A DNA stretch of 64,000 nucleotides, taken from the NCBI GenBank assembly GCA_963532835.1, contig CAUSLL010000002.1, forward strand, positions 95 to 64,094, given 5' to 3'. The notes under the pieces are model-generated. The model was not told the origin of the DNA, searched no databases, and saw only the letters and a program-made list of their open reading frames with translations. Both the position numbers and the translations under genes were made by a program. The stretch's first letter is position 1. Each line of letters starts with the position of its first letter. Shown piece after piece: positions 51,483 to 61,656 of this stretch. Origin of the DNA: an uncultured Candidatus Saccharibacteria bacterium. GTDB taxonomy: Bacteria > Patescibacteriota > Saccharimonadia > Saccharimonadales > Saccharimonadaceae.

Positions 51483-52088
51483 ATGACTATGAAACAGAAA
51501 AAACTTTCTAAACTATCACGCAAGAAAATCATCAGTATATCACTACTGGCGGCAATTGTTGTTGCTGGCTCGTACGTGGCGGCAGCTTACTATAATAAAT
51601 GGTTGCCATTTTCAGATCAAGACAAGGCCTTTACGGTTGACGATCAGGGTCGTGGAGTAAATCCAAACAAAACTAAAACTGAGAAAAAAGATACCAAAAA
51701 TGTCGAGGATAATCCAGATAATAAATCAGCTCGACCAAACACTGATGTGACACCGCAGCCAAAGACCGACCCTCAAACAAAAAAACAATCAGTCTATGTA
51801 CTGATGACCAGTGTTGAGCAGTCAGTTGACAAGCATACTATCACCGCTAGCGGATTTGTAACGAACGCTGTCGAGCAGGATGGTACATGTACCTATGTAT
51901 TTACACTGGGCAATCGAGTCGTCAAAAAGACGGCCGGAGTAATTCCTGGTCCAAGCTCAACCTCATGTCAAACGATGCGGGTGAGTAGAGATGAGTTAGG
52001 GGCTGCTGGTAAGTGGACAGTGTCAATCGAGTATAATTCAGGCAGGTCTCACGGTGTAGCTGACGGCATGACGGTGGTGGTTGAGTAA
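51483..52088 (+). CDS. membrane-anchored hypothetical protein
   Basis: About 201 aa from ATG 51483 (the track's TTG 51450 was trimmed). One TM (ISISLLAAIVVAGSYVAAAYY), a K/T/P-rich linker and a ~95-aa beta-rich domain. Confidence 0.5.
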   Translation: MTMKQKKLSKLSRKKIISISLLAAIVVAGSYVAAAYYNKWLPFSDQDKAFTVDDQGRGVNPNKTKTEKKDTKNVEDNPDNKSARPNTDVTPQPKTDPQTKKQSVYVLMTSVEQSVDKHTITASGFVTNAVEQDGTCTYVFTLGNRVVKKTAGVIPGPSSTSCQTMRVSRDELGAAGKWTVSIEYNSGRSHGVADGMTVVVE

Positions 52089-54413
52089 ATGAAGAAGATA
52101 GTAGGATTGTTACTAAGCTTAACCTTTGCGGTCATTCTCTCTCAAGGGGCTGGAGCTTCAGGCTTTAATCCTGGTAGGATTATTGATGATGAAATCTTTT
52201 ATGATTCACGGGCTATGGGTTCTGCGGCGGCAGTGCAACGATTTATCGAGCAACACACACCAGCGTGTGATACTTGGGGTACCGGGCCTTCTGGTCACGG
52301 CAATACCAAAGCCCAGTACGCAGCACAGCGTGGCTGGCATGGTCCACCATATGTTTGTTTACAAAATTATCACGAAAATCCAAACAACGGCGAGACTTCC
52401 TTTGATCGTGGTGGCGGTGCCTTTCCTGGTGGCATCAATGCTGGTCAAATCATCTGGGATGCTGCGCAACGATATCAAATTAACCCACAAGTATTGCTGG
52501 TAACATTAAGAAAAGAATCGGCTGGTCCGTTGTTTGCCGACTCTTGGCCACTGCGGTCACAATACAAATATGCCATGGGTTATGGCTGTCCTGACAGTGG
52601 TCCAGGCTATTCTGCAAACTGTGATAATGAGAAAGCTGGCTTTTATAAGCAAGTAAATAAAGCCGCCTGGCAATTACGAAAATATCGCAACGAAATTCAA
52701 AACTATAATTATCAGCCGGGTCGAGTCAATAGAATTTTGTATAACCCAAACCCTGCTTGTGGCTACCGAGATGTATATATTGAAAATTACGCAACTGCCA
52801 GCCTGTATATCTATACACCATATGTACCAAATGATGCAGCACTGGCGGCTTATCCTGGCACGGCACACTGTGGAGCATATGGCAACCGCAACTTCTTCTA
52901 TATGTTTAGGGAGTGGTTTGGTAGTACCCACGTCAACAGTACCTTGCTGAGGTCTCATGATAACGCAACAGTTTACCTGGTGTCGGATAATGTTAAATAT
53001 CCGGTGCCAAACTATGACATTTTGGCAGCTTTGTCTCCTCTGGGTGGTGTTGGTTTTGTGTCTCAAGCGTATCTAGATAAAATTCCGACAGGTCAGGTGG
53101 CAAACCGATTGATGCGATCACCTGATGGTACAGTGTATTTCTATGATTCTGGTATTAGGCTGGCGTTTACAACCTGTGCCATGGTGGCACAATACGGTAT
53201 GGATTGTGGCAATAGTATGTTACTAACTGAGGCACAAGTGAATAAATTCTATCATGGTCCGCGCATGGGACACGGCTATAAGACAACTAGTGGTAAGCGA
53301 TTCTATATCCAAAATGGTACGCGCCGTGAGGTCTTGGATGATAAATCATTAGCTTTGCAACAATACGACCAGGGATATAATGTGCTGGGCGAATCAGCTA
53401 TTCAATATCTGCCATATGGCACGCCAATCGTCAGAGAGGCAGCGGTCGTGAGAAATAGGGATACTGGTCATCAAAAGCTGATTAGCAACGGAACACTACA
53501 CAACATTAGACACTCTGAATATGTCGATCAAACTCTGCAATCGCTCGGTGGCGGCGTATTGCAACAAGAAAGCATCAACAAATTACCGCAAACCAGCCAA
53601 ACAGTCGATGATTATGTTAAAAACCCAGCCGGGGAAACCTTCCTTATCACCAATCAAGGTAAAAAGAAAGTCACCAAGCCACAAGATATACCAGTCAGTC
53701 CGCTGTCACTATCAGACGAAACAGTCCGCTCGTTGCCTGGAACTGGGGCGCTGGACGATGTTGTAACCCTGAAATCGTCAGATAATGGCACGGTATATGT
53801 CATGGAATCACGCCAGAAACGACCGATAGTTGCTATGGAAGATGTGTTTGCCATCACTAAGACTGAGCGACCAGCCATCGCCTGGTTGTCTGGTGAGACT
53901 ATTCGAAAGATTCCTTCAGGCAACGTGGTCTTTGCACCCGGTAAAATGGTAAAAGCACCCTCTAATGGTACGGTATATGTTTCTGATGGATACGACACAC
54001 TCATCCCGCTGTCACACTTTGATCAAGCTGCTGATTTGGGTGTCAATGGCGCCATCCGCCAAGTTGATGACAGGGTGGTTGAAAAATACAAAGTCAGCAA
54101 CCGAGTCTTGTCTCCATATGTTAGTTGCGAGGGCCGCAGTTACTTAGGAATGGGCGGTACATTATATGAATTACACCTACCGTCACAAAACCCATATCCA
54201 CTACAAAGCAAAACATGCGCCATGCTGACCAAAGAAGCAAAACTGCCGCAGTTTGTGGGCGATCCAGGTGGTACAATCTATCATCTAAGGAACGGAACTT
54301 TGCACCCGATTCGTAGCTGGCAAAAATTTGTTGAGCTGAATAAAGAAAAACTGCCTATCGTTAAGATTTCCTATATCACAGTTAGCCTACTAGCTAAGGG
54401 TGAACTCATATAG
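52089..54413 (+). CDS. secreted 774-aa protein: conserved N-terminal domain + ~9 degenerate GTxY repeat modules
   Basis: Signal peptide ...SQGAGA. N-domain with INPQVLLVTLRKESAGPL, AMGYGCPDSG and YTPYVPNDAALAAYPG...YGNRNFFYMFREWFGSTH. This is followed by modules such as DNATVYLVSDNVKYPV, PDGTVYFYDSGIRLAF, DNGTVYVMESRQKRPI and SNGTVYVSDGYDTLIP. Confidence 0.6.
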   Translation: MKKIVGLLLSLTFAVILSQGAGASGFNPGRIIDDEIFYDSRAMGSAAAVQRFIEQHTPACDTWGTGPSGHGNTKAQYAAQRGWHGPPYVCLQNYHENPNNGETSFDRGGGAFPGGINAGQIIWDAAQRYQINPQVLLVTLRKESAGPLFADSWPLRSQYKYAMGYGCPDSGPGYSANCDNEKAGFYKQVNKAAWQLRKYRNEIQNYNYQPGRVNRILYNPNPACGYRDVYIENYATASLYIYTPYVPNDAALAAYPGTAHCGAYGNRNFFYMFREWFGSTHVNSTLLRSHDNATVYLVSDNVKYPVPNYDILAALSPLGGVGFVSQAYLDKIPTGQVANRLMRSPDGTVYFYDSGIRLAFTTCAMVAQYGMDCGNSMLLTEAQVNKFYHGPRMGHGYKTTSGKRFYIQNGTRREVLDDKSLALQQYDQGYNVLGESAIQYLPYGTPIVREAAVVRNRDTGHQKLISNGTLHNIRHSEYVDQTLQSLGGGVLQQESINKLPQTSQTVDDYVKNPAGETFLITNQGKKKVTKPQDIPVSPLSLSDETVRSLPGTGALDDVVTLKSSDNGTVYVMESRQKRPIVAMEDVFAITKTERPAIAWLSGETIRKIPSGNVVFAPGKMVKAPSNGTVYVSDGYDTLIPLSHFDQAADLGVNGAIRQVDDRVVEKYKVSNRVLSPYVSCEGRSYLGMGGTLYELHLPSQNPYPLQSKTCAMLTKEAKLPQFVGDPGGTIYHLRNGTLHPIRSWQKFVELNKEKLPIVKISYITVSLLAKGELI

Positions 54414-54448
54414 CAAAACAGCGAACATGAGTGTATAATTAGTGCTAT

Positions 54449-55879
54449 ATGAAGACGGTGCGAGAGAAGCTTGATAGTGTCAAGAAAAAGTTAGTATTGC
54501 TGTGTAGTCAGCCGCATAAAATCTACCTTATAGTTGGGTTAATTGGTGCATTAGGCTTTGCGATCATCACCCCTCCATTTCAAGGTCCTGATGAGCCAGA
54601 GCATTATATTCGTGTGCAGTATATCGCACACGGATATGTTATACCAGTCAACCCAAAAAGCACTGGTGCTAGTTTGCCAAAATCTATTGGTGAGACGCTG
54701 AGACTAACGTTCTATGATGATGAGATTCGCGGTTTTTCAGCTAAAAAATATGATTTTAATCGCACTAAGCAAGCTGTTAAGAAATCGTTGAACCCAAGTG
54801 AGCGGTATCAACCGCCTATGGTTTCATACAATTTTCTAACCTATTTACCAGCTGTTCCAGGGGTATTTTTGGCTAACGTCTTTAATCTCAGCCCGGTTAT
54901 CTCTCTCTATATTGCACGAATACTATTAGCTTTAGCGTCAGTGGTAATAGTTTATTTTGCTATTAAACTATTACCAGGTAAAAAATATTTATTTACGTTT
55001 GTTGCGTTGTTGCCAATGATGTTATTCCAGCAGTCTATGGTAGGAACTGATGGAGTATCATACGCTTTACTGTTGTTATTCCTTGCATATGTACTACGCT
55101 TATATACACAATCAACCGACATCCAGCGTAATCAATGGATTAAATTAGCTATGCTGTGCGGTGCGATCGTTTGGTCTAAACCGCTACTATATCTGTTTTT
55201 GCCATTGATCATTATTTTGGTAAAAAAGAAGCATTTTTGGCGTTGGTCGATTACCGCTGCAGTTATCAGTGTATTGCTGCTTGGAGCTAATATAGTGATG
55301 GCGAACAATGCAGGAGAATATGAATACAGAAGTGATTCATTGCCTCAAAATATACAATCAGATAAACAATTACAGAATCTCAAAGAACATCCAAGACGAG
55401 GACCTCGTGTTTTGTGGAATTCATATATGACATCATTTGGTGATGATGAGGCTCGAGGTGTAATTGGTACTTTTGGTGCGGCCGATACATTATATCCATT
55501 ATGGATGGGTTATATATATATCTTTGTGTTAGGAATGACAGCAACGGTATCGTTAGGAAAGGACAAGAGTAAGCTTACTATCCCGAACTCTTGGCGTTGG
55601 TTAGCTGTAGGTTTGGCCGCGGTACACTTTGTTGCAGTTAATGTAGCTATCTATCTAACGTATACACCATATAACTTTGACATCATCTACGGGGTCCAGG
55701 GTCGCTATTTCTTGCCAACACTTATCATAATTTTCATGGCGATATTTTTGGGTCGAGGAGCTGAGCTAAAACCTCAAGATAAGAAAAATATCATCATGAT
55801 TTCATCGCTAATCATTTTGTTATTGGTGATAATGGCGCTATTGATAACGTTTCAGCGGTATTTCATGTATACCCCGTAA
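54449..55879 (+). CDS. DUF2142-type polytopic membrane protein (GT-C-like, polysaccharide assembly)
   Basis: 476 aa with about 11 TM segments. N-terminal loop PPFQGPDEPEHYIRVQYIAHG matches the DUF2142 signature (from memory). Confidence 0.65.
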   Translation: MKTVREKLDSVKKKLVLLCSQPHKIYLIVGLIGALGFAIITPPFQGPDEPEHYIRVQYIAHGYVIPVNPKSTGASLPKSIGETLRLTFYDDEIRGFSAKKYDFNRTKQAVKKSLNPSERYQPPMVSYNFLTYLPAVPGVFLANVFNLSPVISLYIARILLALASVVIVYFAIKLLPGKKYLFTFVALLPMMLFQQSMVGTDGVSYALLLLFLAYVLRLYTQSTDIQRNQWIKLAMLCGAIVWSKPLLYLFLPLIIILVKKKHFWRWSITAAVISVLLLGANIVMANNAGEYEYRSDSLPQNIQSDKQLQNLKEHPRRGPRVLWNSYMTSFGDDEARGVIGTFGAADTLYPLWMGYIYIFVLGMTATVSLGKDKSKLTIPNSWRWLAVGLAAVHFVAVNVAIYLTYTPYNFDIIYGVQGRYFLPTLIIIFMAIFLGRGAELKPQDKKNIIMISSLIILLLVIMALLITFQRYFMYTP

Positions 55880-55893
55880 CGTGAGGCGACTGT

Positions 55894-57150
55894 ATGCAAA
55901 ATATCAAAAAAGATTATCTCTGGAACTCGCTGGGTTCATTGCTACAGAGTGCGATCTCTCCGGTATTACTCATTGTCATCACTCGACTAAATGGCATTGA
56001 CGATTCTGGACTGTTTTCGTTTGCGTTGTCACTTTCAGTGGTGTTTTGGGCGGTTTCTTTATGGGGTGGTCGGACCTATCAAGTGTCTGATGTTAAGCGG
56101 GAGTTTTCGAGTGGTGGATACGTCGCCGTACGCTTCATCGCATCACTTATTGTGGCGATTTCCGCAGTAGTATTCTGTGTGCTGAACGGCTATAACGCTA
56201 CAAAAACAGGCTTAATTATGATTTTGGTAACCTTTAAAATTCTAGAATCAATTGCCGACTCGCTGTATGGTATCTTGCAGATTCACCACAAGTTGTATAT
56301 CGCTGGTATATCACTAACCATGAAAGCGATGCTTGGTTTTGCGGCGTTCATGGCGGTTGATATTGTCACCAAAAATGTCATATATGGCGCGTTGGCAATA
56401 TTATTAATTAATATGCTTATTATATTCTTCTACGATATACTTTGGGTGCGGCGCGTTGACGCTATTAGTATAAGTAAAAAACTATGTAAAGAATATATCA
56501 CCCAGGCTGTTGCCATCATGAAACACACGTCAGCAGTGTTTGTTGTAATGTTTTTGACGATGTTTTCACTCAATATCCCGCGGTATTTTTTGGATAAGTC
56601 ACACCCTGACCAGATTGGTTACTTTGGTATTATGGCAATGCCGATTACGCTCCTTGGTCTTTTTATATCATTTATCATTCAGCCAAATGTGGTGAATCTA
56701 TCTGAATTGTTAGCAAAAGGAAAGCTGAAGGAATTTGCACGAATTGTTAGTAAAATTAATCACATAACTTTTGGCATAGGCGTGCTTTCGGTTGTTCTAA
56801 GCTATCTGATTGGTGTTTGGGTACTTAACGTTATTTTTGGCATCAATATTAATAATTTCCAACTCGATTTAACAATTATGGTGATTGGTGCGGCGGCGAA
56901 CGCTTTTGTGTCGATTTATGTTAACCTACTAATCATCATGCGTCGGTTTAAGGGACAATTTTATACATTGTTACTCACAGATATTTTGGCGGTAGTGGTG
57001 TCTATGTGTTTGATTGAGCGATTAGCGATGTTGGGTAGTGTGTTGGTTTTTATGATGATTAGCTTGTTGCAACTAGCACTTTTGTTAGTTATCTACAAGC
57101 GGTCGCTAAAAGATGCTATAATAATTGACAAAGATAAAGGGGAGTTATGA
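55894..57150 (+). CDS. Wzx-like oligosaccharide flippase (MOP superfamily)
   Basis: 418 aa with about 12 TM segments. The N-terminus KDYLWNSLGSLLQSAISPVLLIVITRL is typical of polysaccharide flippases. Confidence 0.7.
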   Translation: MQNIKKDYLWNSLGSLLQSAISPVLLIVITRLNGIDDSGLFSFALSLSVVFWAVSLWGGRTYQVSDVKREFSSGGYVAVRFIASLIVAISAVVFCVLNGYNATKTGLIMILVTFKILESIADSLYGILQIHHKLYIAGISLTMKAMLGFAAFMAVDIVTKNVIYGALAILLINMLIIFFYDILWVRRVDAISISKKLCKEYITQAVAIMKHTSAVFVVMFLTMFSLNIPRYFLDKSHPDQIGYFGIMAMPITLLGLFISFIIQPNVVNLSELLAKGKLKEFARIVSKINHITFGIGVLSVVLSYLIGVWVLNVIFGININNFQLDLTIMVIGAAANAFVSIYVNLLIIMRRFKGQFYTLLLTDILAVVVSMCLIERLAMLGSVLVFMMISLLQLALLLVIYKRSLKDAIIIDKDKGEL

Positions 57151-58004
57151 GTAAGAAATACGTAATTTTAGGAGCAGGCGGACAACTAGGTAAGGCGTTG
57201 TGTGCCATGTTTCCAGACGCTAAAGCATTATCACGAGAAGAGTTGGATATAGCCGATGAGGAACAAGTAAAGGCGTTTGACTGGTCAAAATACGACGTTA
57301 TCATCAATGCAGCAGCTTTGGTTAACGCCGATGGTTCTGAGACAGACGAGCTGCGTGCTAAGACGTGGCTGGCTAATGCTTATGGTCCACGTAACCTCGC
57401 TAAAATTGCGATTGAGCAAAACAAAACCCTTGTTCACTATTCGTCAGATTATGTTTGGGATGGTCGTGAAAAGAACCATCAAGATGATGAAGTTGTTGCA
57501 CCGCTACTGGTCTATGGAGAAAGTAAAGCGGCGGGTGATTTGGTGGTTAGTTTGGTACCAAAACACTACATCATGCGAGTGTCATGGGTTGTTGGCGATG
57601 GACATAATATGCCAAAAACTATGAAAAACTTGGCAGATATGCGCATCAATCCAAAAGTTGTCAATGATCAATTTGGTCGGCTGACGTTTGCGTCAGAGAT
57701 CGCTCGAGCTACCAAATATTTCTTGGACAATAACGTGGCGTACGGACTGTATAATGTATCCAATGATGGTCCAGTAAAGTCATGGCATGAAATTGCTACC
57801 GACGTTTTCGAATATACTGGACATGACCGTAACCGTGTGCAGCCGATTTCCACCGAGGAATATGCAGCCAGTAAACCAGGCTTTGCACCGCGACCACTCA
57901 ACAGCGACATGGATTTGTCAAAATTGCGTCAAACGGGTTTTACGCCAAGTGACTACACAGGCCTGTTGGAAGATTATGTTAATCAGTTACCGGCGAATGA
58001 GTAG
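57147..58004 (+). CDS. rfbD: dTDP-4-dehydrorhamnose reductase
   Basis: 285 aa. Rossmann GAGGQLG, catalytic YGESKAAGD, and C-terminal FAPRPLNSDMDLSKL typical of RmlD. Confidence 0.85.
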   Translation: MSKKYVILGAGGQLGKALCAMFPDAKALSREELDIADEEQVKAFDWSKYDVIINAAALVNADGSETDELRAKTWLANAYGPRNLAKIAIEQNKTLVHYSSDYVWDGREKNHQDDEVVAPLLVYGESKAAGDLVVSLVPKHYIMRVSWVVGDGHNMPKTMKNLADMRINPKVVNDQFGRLTFASEIARATKYFLDNNVAYGLYNVSNDGPVKSWHEIATDVFEYTGHDRNRVQPISTEEYAASKPGFAPRPLNSDMDLSKLRQTGFTPSDYTGLLEDYVNQLPANE

Positions 58005-58010
58005 GAGGTT

Positions 58011-59000
58011 GTGACCGTGAATAAAGGAATTCTAAACGTTATATACCAGAGCGACGACAATTATGCGGTAGTGAGTGCAATTTCTATTGTGTCACTTTTG
58101 GAAAACAACAAACACTTGAAAGAGATTAATATTTTTTATCTCGGACACCAGCTCAAAAAAGCTAGCATCAATAAGTTTAATAAAATGGTTGGTAACTACC
58201 AAAATGCCACAATCACGTTTGTTGATGTCTCAAGCTACCCCGATGAACTGAAAGAGATCGGCGTCAAGGCGTGGAAGGGGCTGTATATCACATGGTATAA
58301 AATGCTGGCGTTTGCTAAGCTTGATATCAAAACAGACCGAATTTTGTACATTAACCCGCACACGGTTATCAGCGGTGCGCTCGATGGTCTTTTGGAACTT
58401 GATTTTGAAGATAATGTAATGGCATTGTCATATGACGCTACCATGGTGAATGCACATAAAGACGTTATCGGCTTGAAACCAACCGACGGCTATTTTAACT
58501 GTGGAATTATGCTGATTAATCACAAAAAATGGATGAAAGACAAGATTGACGCCAAGATGCGCGAGCATTTGCGACACAATCACTATGAGGTGGCCGACCA
58601 AGATCTATGTAATGTATTTTTCAAAGGCAAGATCAAGAAGGTTGGTGTGGAGTATAATTTCTCGACTGTGTTCTATGGCTATGATATTAAAAAATACATT
58701 AAAGCCAACGGCTTTTTACCTGAAAGTTTTTATAGTTATGATGAGATCATGGAGAGTTACTATACGCCGAAGATTATTCACTCACAGTTTGGTATGAATG
58801 GTCGGCCATGGCAGCAAGGTAACGAAAACCCAGTTGGTATTTTGTGGCGTAAGTATCTAAATCTGACGCCGTGGAAAAATACTACGATGCCAGTAGCCAA
58901 GAAGGATATGAACTGGCGACTATATGACTTATTGCCACAATCAATAATTGTTAAACTATACGCCTGGGCGGTTAATCGCAAATTTGCGAGGAAGAAATGA
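58011..59000 (+). CDS. glycosyltransferase family 8
   Basis: 329 aa. GT8 motifs ...ILYINPHTVI..., ADQDLCN and HSQFGMNGRPW. The true start may be GTG 58017, which is 8 nt after the AGGAGG SD. Confidence 0.75.
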   Translation: MTVNKGILNVIYQSDDNYAVVSAISIVSLLENNKHLKEINIFYLGHQLKKASINKFNKMVGNYQNATITFVDVSSYPDELKEIGVKAWKGLYITWYKMLAFAKLDIKTDRILYINPHTVISGALDGLLELDFEDNVMALSYDATMVNAHKDVIGLKPTDGYFNCGIMLINHKKWMKDKIDAKMREHLRHNHYEVADQDLCNVFFKGKIKKVGVEYNFSTVFYGYDIKKYIKANGFLPESFYSYDEIMESYYTPKIIHSQFGMNGRPWQQGNENPVGILWRKYLNLTPWKNTTMPVAKKDMNWRLYDLLPQSIIVKLYAWAVNRKFARKK

Positions 59001-59794
59001 TGAGTAGTAAATCGCAGCACACTTTTGTCGTTTTAGCCTATAAAGAATCGCCATTTTTGGAAGACTGTATTAAGTCTGTGATGAATCAGCAGTATAACAG
59101 TACTGTTGTGATTGCCACATCAACACCAAATGATTTCATTGATGCTATCGCTAAAAAGTATGGCTTAAAAGTAATTGCTCGACCAGAAAAAGACAGGGGT
59201 AAAGGTGCAGCAAGTGATTTTGATTTTGGGCTGTCAGTTTCTAAGACGACGCTCACCACCGTCGCTAACCACGATGAAATATATGACTATAATTATTCTT
59301 CAGAGGTGGTTGCGTATTATGAAAAACACCAGGATAGTTGCATTATCTTTACCAGGGCATATGATATCAAAGGTAACTTTGCGATTACTAAGTCCTTGAA
59401 TTTAGTTATTAAAAACATGCTCTGCTGGCCGCTGGCGATTTCCAAGAAAAGTCGATTTACTAAGAGATTGCTTCTGTCTTTTGGTGATCCAATTTGCTGT
59501 CCAGCTGTGACTTTTGTAAAAAGTCACTACAAGCTCCCGGTTTTTGAATCTGATTTGATAGCAACGTTTGATTATTGGGCATGGGAAAAATTGTCGAAAA
59601 ATACCTATGGCTTTGGGTATATCAAAAAATCGCTAATGGGTCATCGTATTCACGAAGGTTCAATTACCACCAAAGCGATCGGCGACAATGCCCGTGCCAG
59701 AGAAGAGTATATGATCTTGTCAAAGTTTTGGCCTAAACCAATAGCTAAAATCATCTCATCAGTATATCGACTTAGTGAGCGGAGTAACGGGTGA
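58997..59794 (+). CDS. glycosyltransferase family 2
   Basis: 265 aa. N-terminal FVVLAYKESPFLEDCIKSVMNQ has the GT-A pattern. ATGA overlap with the upstream gene. Confidence 0.7.
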   Translation: MMSSKSQHTFVVLAYKESPFLEDCIKSVMNQQYNSTVVIATSTPNDFIDAIAKKYGLKVIARPEKDRGKGAASDFDFGLSVSKTTLTTVANHDEIYDYNYSSEVVAYYEKHQDSCIIFTRAYDIKGNFAITKSLNLVIKNMLCWPLAISKKSRFTKRLLLSFGDPICCPAVTFVKSHYKLPVFESDLIATFDYWAWEKLSKNTYGFGYIKKSLMGHRIHEGSITTKAIGDNARAREEYMILSKFWPKPIAKIISSVYRLSERSNG

Positions 59795-60585
59795 AAATTG
59801 CCATCACTGGAGCAAGTGGATATATTGGGCGTCACATTGCTGCGCTAGCTAAAAAGAATGACCACGAGGTAATAGCTATTGATAGATCGAGTGATATCGA
59901 TATTTTTGCTCAACACGACAATATATTTGAAGCGTTACAGAAACCTGATGTTTTACTGCATTTAGCCTGGCGAGATGGCTTTCAGCATAATTCACCAGAA
60001 CATATGAAAAATCTCTCTCATCACTACGAGTTCTTGCGGTCATATATCAACGGTGGCGGCAAGAATGTGGCGGTGATGGGTAGTATGCATGAGGTTGGGT
60101 ACTGGGAAGGCGCAATCAATGAACAGACGCCGTGTGATCCGCTGTCCCAATACGGCGTTGCCAAAAATGCCTTGCGGCAAAGTATGATGCTGCTCGCAAA
60201 AGATAGCGACATTACCTTATATTGGCTGCGTGGTTTTTATATCTATGGCAATGATATTGGCGGCCACTCGATATTTTCCAAAATCGCACAAGCTGCTGCT
60301 GACAGTAAAACCGAATTTCCTTTCACGACAGGCAAAAATAAATATGATTTTTTGCATATTGATGAATTTTCGGATCAAGTGTTAGCAACTATCACTCAAG
60401 ATAAGGTAACGGGAATAATCAATATTTGTTCTGGTAAACCAGTTAGTCTAGCTGAGCGGGTTGAACAATACATACAAGACAATCACTATCATATCAAATT
60501 GCAGTATGGAGCGTTTCCTGACAGACCATATGATTCACCGGCGGTTTGGGGTGATGACTCAAAGATAAGAATGATCACAGGCTAG
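59791..60585 (+). CDS. NAD-dependent epimerase/dehydratase family protein (short-chain)
   Basis: 264 aa. Rossmann GASGYIG and catalytic YGVAKNALR. Confidence 0.75.
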   Translation: MKIAITGASGYIGRHIAALAKKNDHEVIAIDRSSDIDIFAQHDNIFEALQKPDVLLHLAWRDGFQHNSPEHMKNLSHHYEFLRSYINGGGKNVAVMGSMHEVGYWEGAINEQTPCDPLSQYGVAKNALRQSMMLLAKDSDITLYWLRGFYIYGNDIGGHSIFSKIAQAAADSKTEFPFTTGKNKYDFLHIDEFSDQVLATITQDKVTGIINICSGKPVSLAERVEQYIQDNHYHIKLQYGAFPDRPYDSPAVWGDDSKIRMITG

Positions 60586-60594
60586 ATAGTACAC

Positions 60595-60945
60595 CTATTT
60601 TTTAGACAATCTGATCGATAATTCTTGATGTAAATCGCGCAGTCTACGCTCATTTTGGTCGATACGTTGGCGCTGCGTGTTAGCGATGTAGAACAGGAGG
60701 ATGATAGCGGTAGTTTGCAGGATATCAAATAGGCTAAGTTCCGATGAATCAAGTGGCGGATGTCCAAGTGAGATGTTATACATCGGGAATGAGCCCACTA
60801 AAACAACCATGATAACCAACCAGATAATGAGCTGATGACGAAAGCGTGCCGTGCTGACCTTGCGTAGTTTGTATTGAGTGATGATATTAATCAGCGCTGT
60901 CAGAATAATGGGCACGTTAAGTAGTACAAGGATAAGATATCTCAT
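60595..60945 (-). CDS. small membrane protein, DUF2304-like partner of the GT2 upstream
   Basis: 116 aa with 3-4 TM segments and a charged C-terminal helix. Its ATG overlaps the stop of the GT2 gene. The GT2 + DUF2304 pairing is a known arrangement; assignment is by context. Confidence 0.5.
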   Translation of the reverse strand: MRYLILVLLNVPIILTALINIITQYKLRKVSTARFRHQLIIWLVIMVVLVGSFPMYNISLGHPPLDSSELSLFDILQTTAIILLFYIANTQRQRIDQNERRLRDLHQELSIRLSKK

Positions 60946-61646
60946 TCGAATAGCTCCGTTAGTCGTTGCTTAAATAGTCGTTTGACGATGTTAATAGCGT
61001 TCCAGTTGTTTTGACCTTTGGCACGGGAGTAGTCAGTATAGATTGCTTTAATCGGGTATTCGGAAATAATCATACCTGCTTGTTTAGCACGCCAAATCAT
61101 TTCTGAACAGAACTCATAGCCAGTTGATTTCCAGTCAAGGTTGTCAATTGCCTTTCGCGAGTAAACTCGTAGACCGGACTGTGAATCAGTGACATTGATA
61201 CCAAACAGAGCATAGGTGATGAAGCTGAGACCTTTATTTCCTAAAACCTTAGTCCTAGACATACCCTCACTGTTGATGAGTCGGCTGCCAATGAGTAAGT
61301 CGGTATTAGAGGTGTCGCTCTGCCTGATTCCCACTAGAACATCCTCTGGGTCGTGTTGCCCATCAGCATCCATGGTGGCAGCGATATCGTAGCCGTATTG
61401 TCGTGCGTAGGCAAGCCCAGTCAGGGTAGCGCCGCCAGCACCAGAGTTTAAGATGTGATCAATGACGATCGCACCACCTTTTTGTGCTTGCTTAAGTGTG
61501 TCGTCTTTTGATCCATCATTGACAAGCACAATATCAATAGCGTAGGATTTGTGTGCCTTTGAGAAAACCTTCTTGGATCTCTTAATAACGTCCTGAATGA
61601 CCGCGCCTTCATTGTAGGCAGGTATGATGACACAAACTCGTTTCAT
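60942..61646 (-). CDS. glycosyltransferase family 2 (polyprenyl-phosphate sugar transferase, GtrB/DPM1-like)
   Basis: 234 aa from MKRVCVIIPAYNEG. Motifs VNDGSKDDT and MDADGQHDPED. The track extension to 61823 overlaps rmlA, so it was trimmed. Confidence 0.8.
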   Translation of the reverse strand: MKRVCVIIPAYNEGAVIQDVIKRSKKVFSKAHKSYAIDIVLVNDGSKDDTLKQAQKGGAIVIDHILNSGAGGATLTGLAYARQYGYDIAATMDADGQHDPEDVLVGIRQSDTSNTDLLIGSRLINSEGMSRTKVLGNKGLSFITYALFGINVTDSQSGLRVYSRKAIDNLDWKSTGYEFCSEMIWRAKQAGMIISEYPIKAIYTDYSRAKGQNNWNAINIVKRLFKQRLTELFE

Positions 61647-61656
61647 GTTAGTTATA

